This document shows positions 45,301-57,700 of a stretch of DNA of 64,000 bases, one piece after another. The stretch comes from Lama guanicoe (taxonomy: Eukaryota), in NCBI GenBank assembly GCA_013239625.1, contig MU053431.1, forward strand, positions 1,638,485-1,702,484. Direction: 5' to 3'. Numbering within the stretch: the stretch's first letter is position 1; each line of letters begins with the position of its first letter. Below the pieces are notes generated by a model, which was given only the letters and a program-made list of their open reading frames with translations, searched no databases and was not told the origin of the DNA. The position numbers and the translations under genes were made by a program.

Positions 45301-48094
45301 CGTGTTCCAGCGGAACCCTGGCCAGTTCCAGCCGCAGCCTCACTCCTCCGGCAAGTGGCACACTCACCAGGACACGGCCGTCTCTGCCAGGCCCGGCAGC
45401 CCAGGCCCGGGTGCAGGCCCTGACCTGGGCAAGCCTGCTTTCTGGCAGGGGCGGGGGGGTGCTCACGTAAATGCAGTTTGCATGTGACTGCAGTCACGAG
45501 GGCTTGGTAGCGGCCCCACCTTCTTCCTGTGGAGTCCGCGGGGCTCGGCCGCTTGTGCCTCCTTCTGGTCCTGGGGGCAGGGGCCCTGGAGCTGGCAGGG
45601 GCGGCCGTGTGGCAGGGGCTGCAGGCTGCCTGCAGGTGGGGGGCAGGGCTTCCCCGGGGTCCTTCGGGGGAGGTGAGCACAGGGCCTGAGGAGGCAGGGC
45701 GGAGGGCTCGAGGGACACCCGGCGCCTCCGAGCCAGAGCCTGCTCAGAAGCCTGGGGCTTGTGGGACTTCAGCATCTTGGCCTTTTTCAGAGAGGAAAGA
45801 ATAGCACTGCAAGGAAGCTGGGGGCCCTGGAGGGTAAGTGAGGCCCCAGGAGGCAGAGGGGATGGGACGCAGAAACACCTACCAAAGTGAGTGGAAACAA
45901 CCAACTGGGGCGGCTACTGCGAGAAGCAGGGCAGCCGGGCGCCGGGCGGCGGGGCTCTTCACAGGGTCCCCGCGGTGGACACAGCCCCGAGTGCGCTTCA
46001 AACCCTCACTTAAGTGTGGACATCGCTCATTCACCGCAGAGCAGCTGACACAGTCCCTGGACAGGGCGTGGGGTGGCGCGGGGAGGGAGGGGCTGGCCCT
46101 CCCCTGCCCCTGGGGGGCCGCCTGGTGGCAGATGGGCGGCGGTGTCGGCGGAGCACAGTGTCCGCTAGGCCGAGACCACACGGGGCTGGGGAGCCGGCAC
46201 CCCGGGTGTGCACACGAGTGCAGGCACTGGGGCTCATGGCAAGCGTGCCAAGACAGCCGCAGCGCCAGGCCGTCGGCCGTCACCCGGGGTCGCACTGGGT
46301 TTTACAGCCAACAGACTCGGCCTGGTGTCCGTAAGTGAGACGTTAGCTGTGCTCATTGGCAGATGCAGAATCTCCCAGCTCCTGGTAGAGAAGAATGGGA
46401 CTCTGGACCAAGCCCCTGGCCTGGTGCTCTGCCTTCTCCTGCTTTGGTGTCCCAGTGGCTTTCAGCAGGGCCCCTGCCAGGCCGGAGGTGGACAGAAATG
46501 CGCAAGGGGCACGTGGGGTCAGCTCCATGGGAGAGTGGAGGGTGTGACGCAGAAGCAACGGTCTGTCGTTTAGGGACTTCCCTCCAGAAGCGGTGACGTG
46601 TGGGTAGAAATCAGAGAGGGGCAGTGGGGGCGCAACCGCGCAGGCGCGGGGGCCATGAGCCCAGGTGGGTGCCAGGGCCTGGCTCCGGCCTGAGACTGGA
46701 CCAGGAATGACATACCGCAGCGTGATGACATGGGGCACAGCCGCCTGGCCCTCTGCTTGGTCCCCTCCTGGTGGCCAGGCGTGGCGCCAGCAGGAGGCAG
46801 TTCCGTAGCTTGTCAGATCTTCCACTTCATCAGGAATATGGACAGTGTGGGTGAACGGGACCCCGCTGCCCGGGCTGCCCCGGGGGCTGGGGAGCGGCCG
46901 CTCTGGGGAGCCTCGGTCTGCCCCCACCCTCTGTGCTCCCAGAGTGAAATGAAGAGAGCTGTTTGCAGAGCTGGGGTCCAGCCAGCCCCTCTGTCCTCCA
47001 GGGCTGAGTTCTGCCGAGGGCCGTCCGTCTGGTCATGGATGTGAGGTACCCACCCCTGGGCTCCCAGCAAACGTCGGGGAGCTGGAAGTGAGGCGCAAGG
47101 CCATGGCCACCACAGAGGGGGCCCTGTGGCACAGTCCAGCTCAGCCCTGCGGAGGGGGCGCTGCAGCCTCGAGGGTCCTGCCCTGACCCCGGAGGGTGGG
47201 CGCGGTGCCGTGCAGCCGGCCCCCACCGCCTGAGCATCTGTGGCTGCCATGTCAGGACGGAGGACAGAGAGCGGGCCCCGGGAAGAGGCAGCAGAGATGA
47301 GGCCGGGCCGGGCAGGGGCACACGTGGCCGCCCTTGCTGGCTGGGTGGGCTGTAGTCAGAGGGAAGCCCATGCACCGGACGGCGCGTCCCCTGCACAGCC
47401 AGAGCCGCAGTGCCCCTGCGCGCCTGACGAGTCGAGTGTTGGCAGGAAACTAGTTTTCTCAAAAGGAGTTTGCTCCCTCTGAGTCACTGAGGGTGACCAG
47501 GCAGATGTGGCCTGGGCTGGCCCCGTGCCGTCCTCACACTGGCCCTGGGGCCGCCCCTGGGAGCTGAGGGGACAGCCCCAAGGTCCCGACAGGCTGCAGG
47601 TTCTCAGGCAGGGCCCGGGTCCCCTGTCTTGTCCCACAGCCACCCGGGGTGGCTTCCTGGGAGTGTGTGCATCCCTGCCCACCCAGTGCCGCCGCGGAGG
47701 GTCAGAGCCCACCCGCCCCTCCCGAGCCGGGCTGGACGGAGGCCACCGCTGGCTGGGCTCACTGCCAGCCAGGGCCCAAGGCGGGACTCGGGTGCTGTCC
47801 TGCCTTGGCTCTGGCTCTGGAGGTGACCTGGGCAGGGGGCGGGGGATGAGGGCTCCAAGCTGCAGGGCCAGGCCCCCAGGATGCACGCCCACCAGGGCAG
47901 GTCCTGACGGTTGTGGCTGTGCCAGGACGGAGGCTCGGGCGAGGCACTGGGCACTGGACGGAAGGCAGGGCTGCTGAAGAGTCAGTGAGCGCACCGGGGA
48001 GGCAGGGGCGAGGGGCCAGGCGCCGCAGGGCGGGGGAGTCGGCGCGGGGAGCAAGGCCCCCCCACCTTCCCAGCATCCAGTGGTCCCGGCGGGT

Positions 48095-48205
48095 GAGTGT
48101 GCGAATGTGAGTGGGTATGAATGGTGTGCGAAGACAGGTTTGTGGGCGTGTGTGTGTCTGTGTGTTTGGGGTATGTCTGTCTATCTGTGTGTCCGGGGTG
48201 TGCAT
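48095..48205. repeat. degenerate (TG)n low-complexity tract upstream of miR-133a-2
   Basis: GAGTGTGCGAATGTGAGTGGGTATG...GTGTGTGTGTCTGTGTGTTTGGGGTATGTCTGTCTATCTGTGTGT. Confidence 0.7.
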
Positions 48206-48387
48206 GCCCCTCACGCCCCTGCCCTCTCCAGCCCCGTCCCGACAGACCTTGGGGCCCCTCCGCCAACATGGGTGGGCTGCAGGGGAGGCTGGGGGCGCAG
48301 AGCCTGGACACCCCGTGTGCCCGCATCTCGCCCGGATGTCCCATGGAAGCCACCTTTGTCGTCGACGTCGCTGTTTCCCGCGGATCC

Positions 48388-48489
48388 GGGACACAAATGC
48401 TTTGCTAAAGCTGGTAAAATGGAACCAAATCAACTGTTCAATGGATTTGGTCCCCTTCAACCAGCTGTAGCTGCGCATTGATGGCGCCG
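48388..48489 (+). ncRNA. MIR133A2: microRNA miR-133a-2 precursor hairpin (5p 48409-48430; mature 3p 48446-48467)
   Basis: The 5p arm AGCTGGTAAAATGGAACCAAAT and the 3p arm TTTGGTCCCCTTCAACCAGCTG are the canonical miR-133a arms. The 3' flank TAGCTGCGCATTGATGGCGCCG and the position ~10 kb downstream of miR-1-1 identify the 133a-2 copy. Confidence 0.97.
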
Positions 48490-48759
48490 TCGGCCCGGCT
48501 GAAGGACACGGCAGCCACGCGGAGGCCACGCGGAGGCCCAGCACGGCCCGGCCAGCTCCAAGTACGCGAAGCCCTGCCCGCCCGGCCCCGACCAGCCTGG
48601 GGTGGGATCTGGCCCACCCCGCCTGACGCGGCTCGGGGCGTCTGCGGGAGCCAGGCCGCCCGGCAAGTGTGAGTTCCGCAGAGACGCCTGCCCCTCGCGG
48701 GCGAGGTGGCAGCAGAGCTGTGGCTGCCCCGCCCCCAGCTCTCGCCAGTTTACTGTGAA

Positions 48760-48810
48760 AATAAATGTTCGTTTTTCACACCAGAGCCTTGCTTGAGAGT
48801 GTGTGTCCCT
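48760..48810 (+). terminator. candidate polyadenylation site of the pri-miRNA
   Basis: AATAAA at 48760-48765, then T-rich sequence and CA dinucleotides at ~48777-48780, then GT-rich GAGTGTGTGT at ~48798-48807. Confidence 0.5.
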
Positions 48811-51696
48811 AGCCTGTGCCGTGTGGGTCCCTGCCCATTCAAACGAGGCAGAACCCCGCCGGCCCTGCTCTGCCCTCTCCTTCAGAGCAACCTCGGCCCA
48901 GGCAGCCGTCCACAGTGCTGGCCACTGATGGCCCGAGGGACCGGGAGGGTGGTGGCTGGGGAGGCCCTCTGCATCCCTGTGTCTGTGTGTCCTGGCATCA
49001 CTACGGCCACCCCAGCTCCTGGGATGGCCTGTTGGAGGGCCGCCGGGCTCCTGATGGGGATCCGGGAAGGGTGGGAGAAGCAGGGCCTGGCGCACTCTGG
49101 TGAGCCGCTTTGAAGGTCCCCCAGACAAAGGGGCTTGGGGTCTCACCTCCCTGCCGCCTTCTCGGTCCCATGTGGAAGGTGCACCCACACAGGACCCCAG
49201 GCCCCATCCCGGTCCTCGGGAAAGGAAAAGCCGGGCCCACGCCGCAGTCTGCCGCCCCCGTCCCCGCCCCATGCTGGCTGCTGCCCTAGAAGCTGATCAG
49301 TTAGCCTTCGATTGATTAGATATGGTTCCTCTCCAGCTCCTGTGGCGGCCGGAGCCGTCAGCAGCCCAGGAAGGGAGCACCTGTCCAAGTGGGAGGCTTT
49401 TGTGCAAAAACTGCCCAGACCAAGGGCCAGTTTCCTGGCTGGGCACCCACACAGGACGCCCCGCACTGGCAGAGGCCCTCTGAATGTCAGCTGTGGTTCG
49501 AGTCAGGACACGGCCGTGGCCGAGGGTGGGGAGGCCTAATCCCACCTTGGGCTCAGCCCCTCCCTTCCTTCCTGTCCACGCCCCATGCTGCCCAACTCCT
49601 GGTTCTGATTCTGACCCACGTGGGCCCTGCCAGTGGTGATGGCACTGCAGCCAAAAGCACTGGCACAGAGGGTCCCTACCCCGGGGACCTCAGGGCCTCC
49701 ATGATGCTTAGGGCAGGACGAAGGTCATCCCAGTCCCAGCCCAGCCCCGCTGGCGGGGTGCCCGAGCCCCGGGCCCCTCCCTGCTCCTGGCCTCAGCTCT
49801 CCTGTAAACACAAGGATGACCCGACCTCCACCCGTGGCTGGGACATCAGGTCCTAGATCCCTGGGGAGGGGGTGCTGCTGGTCCCCACCCTCCCACCTGG
49901 GCAGCCCAGGGTCTGGTCCCCAAGACGCATCGCACAGGCCCATTGCACTTCTGCTTTACTCAGCACGGGTGACCACACAGGTGCTGTGCAGCAAACAAGC
50001 AGGCCGTGCCCGGCAGGGCCTGGCTGGGCGCCGGACAGCCCCACGAGCAGCCGCAGCAGCTCCCAGCCCGCGGGCGTGGGTGGGTGGACACCGGCGTCTG
50101 GACTCCAGATTATTTTTACTGGTCACAATTGTTATTATTCCTTTGATTTTTATCCCTTCTTGATCTTTAAAAACGTTAGCGCCATTCCCAGCTTTCAGTC
50201 AGCGGAAAAGCAGTGGCTAGGACCCCGCCCTGCGCGGCAGCGGGCACCCGGGCAGGCTGAGCGGACAGCCGAGCAGCGAGCACCAGTGCTCCTCACGGCG
50301 GCCTGTCGCTGTGATCAGCTGCTGAGCAGGCATTTGGTAGGTGGACAATGGGAGGCCCAGGAAGGCCCTCTGCCCGCTGCTGCCCGGGCCTGCTTTCACG
50401 GTCCTGGGAGCAGCACCAGGAGGCCCGGCCCACTTGGGTGAGCAGAGGAGGGGGAGCCCAGCGGCCGCCACAGGGCCGGGCCCGGGACGGCTGCAGCTGC
50501 CTGGCGTGGGCTCCGCTTTCCCCGCGGCGTGGACAGGCTCCGTCCTGGGCCCTGGCTGAGGTCTGGGCCCTGAGGGTTCGGGTGGGCGTCTCCAAACCCC
50601 CACCACCAGGCAGCCCCTGTGGCTCAAGCCAGAGACGTCTCCAGACGAGCCCCCGTTTCTGGCGCAGGTGTCTCTGGGGAACCAGGGCCCAGGAAGCGGG
50701 GCACGGTGCAGGGACACGGGCTCGTCTGGGAGCCCACACCGCCTCCTGCCTCACGCCCCGTCTGCTCGTCATAGTCCCAGCGTCACCCCTGGCTGGGTGT
50801 GGCCGCCGGCTGTGAGCCAGCGGTTCCAGCAGACAAATATCTGTGCTGGGGTGGGGCTTGGGCCTCAGTGGCTGAGGGTCTGTGGCTTTGGGGTGGGAAG
50901 CCCGGTCCTCAATCCTGCCCCGATCATTTCTTTCCTACAAGATGGCCCCGAAGTGTCCACTGCATTTTAGTAAAGAAAAGAAAATTCTCGTTTAAAAGGG
51001 GTTCATCTTTCTCTCCCTTTGTGACAACACGGTTGCTCCACTGCAGCCCCCGAGGCCTGGGGTCCTGTCTCCTCTCCCTCCGATCTGCTTTCTGTCCCCG
51101 GAGATCAGCTCCGTCTCTTCTGGAAGTTAAGCGCAGGGCCTGTCAGTACGTGCTGACGCGCTCGGCATCTCCCCTGTCCCCCATTGTCCTTGTGACTCGT
51201 CCTGGTGCCGCATCCGCACCTGTGTCGTCCCACCGCTGAACTTCCTGGGGTGGACACCGCCGTTCGAGGAGGTCTGGGAGCCGCAGCCCCCAGGAGGAGG
51301 GGCCCAAGGTATGGCTGCAGGCACAGGGGGCACGGCTGCCTTCACTCTCACGTGGTCCAAACTGGCAATGTGCTGGCTGGGGATGTAAAGTCAACTCAGA
51401 AGGGGAATTTACTGGCTCTTATGGCCAATAGGGCCAAATACAGGGCTGGATCCAGAACCTCACACTGTGCCATCAGAAGTCTGTCTCCTCCACATCTCAG
51501 CTCCTTTCCTCTGGGCGGGCTTCACTCCGGGGCTTCATTCCACTCTGTCCAGGTGGGGACACAGGGTCCCTGGCAACTCCGGGCTCGTCGATCCAACCAG
51601 GGCAGCAGCCCACCTGAGGAGGGGGAGGGGGAGGAAGGAGGGAGGGAGGGACGGAGGGGTGACATCCAGGGGAGGCCCAGATGCAAGTGGCTCATT

Positions 51697-51738
51697 GGCC
51701 AGGCCAGGGACATTGACGGCCAGGCCAGGGACACTGAC
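51697..51738. repeat. 21-bp tandem duplication
   Basis: GGCCAGGCCAGGGACATTGAC / GGCCAGGCCAGGGACACTGAC. Confidence 0.9.
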
Positions 51739-54700
51739 TGCCCGGGGGTGGGAGGAGGCCACCCACCACAACCCCCAGGCTCCCCAGAAAACACCAGGGC
51801 GCTGTTGCCAACAGGGAAGGACGGGGGGCAGAGACAGGCTCCCTGCAGGGAGCCACCCTTAGTGGCCGACAGCAACATCCACGTGCAGGCTGGCCACTGG
51901 TCAGCGGTCACTTCCACAGCTCAGCCCTCTTGGCACAGTGGTGGGCGGGTGTTGAGCTGCTTTCCTGTGCTTTGACCTTGCCTTATTTCTAAAAATAAAT
52001 AAAAGTAGAAATATCAGAACAGGATGGCAGCGACGAGAAGCAGGTGCTTTGTAAGCTTCATGTAGCTGAGGCCGGTGTGCGCGGACAACATCGGGCGGCC
52101 GGGGGCTCGCTTCAGCAGATTTTAGTATGTTTTCCAGGATGCGACATGTCCGCAGTGAGAGACCCACAGGTGGATACCCTGAGACTGGCCCCCGGTGGCA
52201 CGTGCCACCCCCCTGGGGGCTCCAGCGTCTGAGACACCGGGCACGTTCTGGGGGGGGGCGTGGAAACGCGGGGCCCTGATAGGCACCTGAGGGGGACTTT
52301 CTCCCACTAGTGAGCGACGTCCGTCGCTCGGTTCGCTGGGAGGCGGCAGGGTCGTGTGTTCCCGGTCAAGGGCGGGGTGAAAAGCAAAGGGCAGGCGAGT
52401 CAGACGTTTCCCACCCTGCAGCGTCCGTATTTCTCAGCTCTGTCACCGGAAGTGGGTTTCTTGGGGGAGCGAGGCTAGACCCCACAGAAGCTTCTAGAGG
52501 AAGAGTTGCTGTGCCTCCACCGGGCACCACTGGGGCACCCAGTGACTGATGGGGTAGTTGGCGTCTTGTCAGCGGAAGCCTGACATCGCTGCGAGGTGCT
52601 GACGGCGACGTGGCTAAGTCTGCCAGTCCCTGTGTTTTGCTAAGTGCCCCCGTCCTGCGCAAAAATACCAGGTCCACAGCCACACGCTCTTCCGTGAGGC
52701 GAACTGCAGCTTCCACAAATGGCTTCTCGCTGGGTCTTCTGCTTCGTCTGACCTGCCTTCCTGCTGGTGTTGGGGGCTGCTCGGGGGGGCTGGCCACAGC
52801 AGCTCCCTGGAGTCCCCCCTCGGCCAGCCCTTCTGGGGTCTCTCTGGGGGGCCCCAGGGGCTGGGCTGGTGAGGAGGGTGTTCTGTGTCTCCCAGCACTT
52901 GGCAGATCCCTGGGGAGCAGCTCTGGGGGCTCTGAACTTTCCTGAGGGAGTTTGGGGTTACCCCTGCCCTGGGCCTCCTTACCCCGCCCCTCCATGTGGG
53001 GTGCTCGGCCAAGAGGGTCTGCCTGGGCGGGGGCTCGGCTCACGTGAATCCCTTGACAGCTTCTGGGCGCCCACGGCCCCAGCTTGGCCTCTGGTTTGCA
53101 GCCAGGGCAGCCCTGCGAGGGTCTGCCTGAGGCGAGGAGCAGGGGTGGGGGCCGTCATCCCAGGAGGCACAGGCTCCCAGGGCTGCCTTCAGACAAGGTT
53201 TCCTGGGGAGGTTTCTGAGGAAGTTTTTCCAACCTGACATCACTTTTCCAGGGCCCCCCTCTTCCTCCTGAAGGCGGCGGAGGGGTCGGAGGGCAGGCAG
53301 AAGACCGTGTTCCCCTGGATGGTTGGGTGCCCAGGAGAAGGGAGCAAGGCAGGGGGATGGCAGCTCTGCTTACAGACGCGTCAGGGATGGGGCAGGCGTC
53401 CCTCAGGGGCTGGAAACTTCCTTCCATCAGGGAGGGAGAGGAGTGCGGACCAGCACAGGGGAGAAGAGGGGCCCGGTGGGGACTCCAGGTCTGGCTCGGA
53501 CCCTCTTTCGCCCCTGTATTCCTGGGCATACCAAAGATGCAAAGAGGGGCTGGAGTTGCTGGCAGGGGCGAGCGGGAGGGCAGGCCAGCTGGTGTCTGCT
53601 GAGAAAGACACGGGCCACGCGCATCTGAGCTTCGTCACAAAACTGAAGGGCACTGGGTCCTTGGCTAAGTTTTTGTCAGAGAAGCTTCTCTGTCCATGGG
53701 GCTGCCCAGGCAGCAGAGCCCAGCGTCTCCTCAGAGAGCTAAGTCCTGGAACCGAGAACGAGGGAAATTGCCCCAAAGAGCGCGTTTCTCCTCATTTGTT
53801 GATGCTACCATTGGGCTCCGATACTGGCGCCGTCATGAATCGGACAAATTGGAGCCTGAGAGCCGAGCGAGCTCATGCTGGGGTGGGGAGGGGCTGCGGC
53901 CCTCTCCGGCCTCCTCCGCTCTGGGAGCTGCAGGCTGGACCCCGGCACATGGCTGCTCTCCCGCTGGAGGGAGGGTGGGGGCCAAGCCCACCGGGAGATA
54001 GGAGAGGCCTCGCATGAGGATCTAAATGCAGAGTCAGCCCCTTCGCTCAAGAGCAGAGCCACGAGGGCCACAGCCCTCGAGGGTGGCCGTGCGCTGCCCT
54101 GAAGCTGCCTGGGCTAGCGAGCGCAGACATTGGCGAGGTCCTGGGTGGGGGCCTTGAGGAAGGTCCCTGAGCCCGATCTGGTCTGCAAGCCGGGGCTGCC
54201 TTGCAGCCCTCCTTACAGAGGTGTGGAGAGACAGAGACACAGAGCTCGGGGTGCCCAGCCCGCCAGGGGCCCACCGCCAGCCCCATCCCTGCTCTGCCTC
54301 ACACCATCTGCAGCAATCGTCGGCAGGGCATCTGGGGGCGGAGGGGTTAGGGGAGCCCCTGGGGATGCAGGGCGTGCTCCTTTGCACCTCCAACCCACCC
54401 TGGGACCTAAGTCCCATGGGGCTGGAAGGGGCTGTGGTCTCCTCGTGCACCTTGCTCCCGCCTTGCCTGGAGGCCACCCACGCTATAAGGTCAGAAGAGT
54501 CCCCCTCTGAGAGACCCTCCCCCAAATCTTTATTCATCCTAAGAGGGCCCTTCCCCACCCACAGCACTGGCCACTGTCAACGAAGGTCATGTCACTCTTG
54601 ATTTGGCACAGCTTCCAATCAGTCATGCCATAATAACACGTAATAAAAATAATACCACAATAATAAAAATAGCAGCTGCGTCTGCACGCCACGTGCGTCC

Positions 54701-57700
54701 CCACCCCCGAACAGAGTCCTCCCGCCCCTGAGCAGGAGTTCCCCATGTGGGGATAGGCTGCTCAGGGACTGGACGGGGCACTGAAGAAGCCCGGGGACGG
54801 GAAGGCTGGCCAGGTTTTGTTCCAGGACTGGCCAGTGGTTCTTGGAGGGACCCTGGGTACTAATTTGCCTTCTGCACCCGAGCACACCTTGCCCGGGAAG
54901 GCCAGCCGCGTCAGGCCAGGGGATGTGGGCACGGCGCTTCATTAAACAGTAGAAAAGCTCCGTAGCATCGAGCACCTTTTCAGTACCTAACCGCGGACAG
55001 CTCCTCACGGCCGCCCTCACGGCCGCCCCAGGCAGTCCGCAGGCGGGGGAGGCGCCGGGACCCTTGTGGGCGCACCCTGGGAGGCAGGCTTGCGGGAGCC
55101 CGGCCCCACTCCCCTCCATGGGCCCCCAAGCCCCAGGCTTTGATGCTCTGTCCAGAGGAGGACAGGCTCAGCTCTATCCGACCCTCAAGCTGGAAGATGA
55201 GGACCATTAATTTGAGTCTCAGCAAGTTAATTAAAATGCTTGCTCGCTAATGGTTCTGGGCACAACTTGGGATGAGGGAGTTAACACAGAGACTCAATAT
55301 ATTTGGGGACTCCTTGGCCCGAAAGCAGGCCTGCCAAGCTTCTAATACGCCCTCCATAGGCGAGCGCCGACGTGTGAATTATTCATGTGGCGCTGCGTTA
55401 ATTGTATTGATATATTAATAATTAATAATGGCACGCTAATAACCGCCGTTGTGGCCAGCCTGTGCTGCTGGCTCACGCCCTCTCTGTGATGTCCTCCCTG
55501 GGGTGAGAGTGGACAGCTCCGTGGGGCCGCTGGCTTGCAGAAGGGCAGTGGAGGTGATCAGTGGATATCTCACCAGACAGCACCCCATTCTGCTGGAAGG
55601 GATGCAGAAAAAGCACACCAAGTGGCGCCGTGACACAGGCCCCCTCCAGGTGTGCCCAGCAGGGAGCCCAAGGGCACCGCTGGGCATGTTCCTGAGCTGA
55701 CTGTTTGCACAGGTGTCCCCAGCTGTCAGCTGCAGCTCCAGCTCCTGGAGCGGGCCCTTGGGGGCAGGGTGAGGGCATGAGCTGCAGGACAGCCTGGGTT
55801 CCAGTCCCAGCTCCTCTCCTAGTCACCAGGCCCCGTGCAGGTCTCCGCATCCCTCCGAGTCTCCGTGGTGCTGTCTGCAGAATGGACACAGCATCGGGTC
55901 ACCTTGCAGAGGGTCCAGACCAGGCAGGAGTGCAGCACCTGGTAAAAGCAGGTGCCTGGACAAGCTTTACTGTTCCCCTGACTTCTCTCCTTGGAAAGCA
56001 CTGGAGTAGATTCTAGAAATTGCTGTGTTCCCCAGCATCGTCCTCCTCCCGGCACAGAAAGTGGGCGAGGGCCACGGCCCAGGCTTGTTCCAAAGTGGAG
56101 AGCTGGAGGGCTGGAGTGTGGAGAACGCTGGAAGCTGGTGCTGGGAGCCCTCCTGACTTGTGTGAGCATGGTGTCTCTTCATGATGACACTGCTGCCCAG
56201 GTCACTGTCATTAGCCCCATGTTACAGCCCTCTCCAAAGGGAGACTCTGGCAAGTTAAGTATCTCGCCCAAGGTCAGTGACCATGGAATGGCCAAGCTGG
56301 GCTTCAGTGCAGGCAGAAGTTCCAGAACCAGAGAGCGTAGCCCTGGGTGCCGCACCTCCCATCCGACAGCTGGAGGGGCTGGGACCACGGGCCTTCCATA
56401 CGACACCTCCCCTGCCCCGAGGCGCGGCACCGCCAGGGACATCTGCTGCCCCGAGGCTCACAGTCCATGGGGACCAAGTCACTAGGGGGTTGGTGGCAGG
56501 CTCTTCTTTTCTGCTTCGGGTGAGTGGTCAAGGAAAACTTCCTGGAGGCAGGGACATGTCAAATGAGACCCAGATGATGGGTAGGGGTTCTGAGCAGGTG
56601 AATTCTCTGGTTGTCCCCAGACATGCTGGTTACTTGGGATTTGGGGTTACTTGGCATAGGGTAGGTAGGTACAGTGTGCTCCAGGAACGCACCCCCGCAG
56701 GTCTCGGCCACACCACCACAAGGCATGGTCCTGCAGTGACTGCAGACTTGCCCGCCTTCCCCGGGCTCACCTGCACACACATGGCCGAACTGAACAAACG
56801 ACGTGCAAGTGGCGCCCTCCCAGGCCCAACCGCAGTGCAGACACGATGGTGTACCAGTCACATTCTGAGAGACCTGGTCACCGTGGTTTTGTTGTGCACC
56901 TACTGTGTGGGGGACATGCGGACAGGCTCGGTCCCTTTGAGGAGAGGTGGGTGGGTGGGGAGGGGGGCTCTGGGGCACGTGGCACTTTCAAGGGCTCCAA
57001 TGGGTGGGGAGCTTTTAAACCAGAGAGGGGAGGGGAGGGGATGGGAGGGGAGAAGAGGAGAGCGGAGGCTGCTGGAGGGGCGGTCAGCTGAGCCCACACT
57101 TCCTGAGCACAGGACTGGGGAGTGAGGCCCACCTGGGCCATGGGTCAGGTGTGACGCAGACGCACACACACACCAACATACCACAAAATACAGATGCCCC
57201 ACACACACCACACGTGTTGCCCATAGGTGACAGGTCACCACACTGACAAGGTGACAAGCTCTCCAGTCAGGGTGGGCTGTGGACACATCCAGGGCAGTGT
57301 ACCCATGACTACAGCTGGCGGCATCCAGAATGTTCCTGGCCGAGGTGGCAGCAGGTGGCCCTGCCAGAGCTGTGTCCCCTGCAGGCCACGCTCCTTGGCC
57401 CAGCTCAGCTGGATTCTCAGAGGCAGAGCAGGGGGAGGGCAGGGGCTGCAGGCCCACACGAGCTGGGTGAGCTGCTTCCTCTGGGCCTCGGTTGTGCATC
57501 TGTAAAGTAGGGGGACAGAGAACCAGTGGGGCCCATTGCAGGGGAGGGCGCTCAGGCCCAGACCTGGGTTGGAGAGGCCACCCCACCTGCCCAGGTCTGT
57601 CCCTCTGCGGGACCCATGTCACACACAGCTTATCCTTGCTGCCGACACATTCTGGGTTGCTGGGGCTCTGCCCTGTGGCTCTGGAAACACACCCAGGGTG

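Larger units (their letters stand above)
34485..48785 (+). ncRNA. MIR1-1HG: putative pri-miR-1-1/133a-2 host transcript (MIR1-1HG-like lncRNA); ends inferred
   Basis: Both hairpins are co-oriented. A TATA-containing muscle promoter lies ~3.6 kb upstream of miR-1-1 and AATAAA lies ~290 nt downstream of mature miR-133a. Bicistronic transcription of miR-1/133a clusters is established. Exact ends and exons cannot be determined from sequence alone. Confidence 0.55.

Noticed and set aside
34485-48785. Protein-coding C20orf166 orthologue
   Set aside because: I recognised no ORF resembling the short predicted human product, and the host is best regarded as non-coding. A tBLASTn search would settle it.
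51615-51665. G-quadruplex-capable G-run clusters (also ~63825-63860 and many others)
   Set aside because: Ubiquitous at this GC content, with nothing singling out a particular one.
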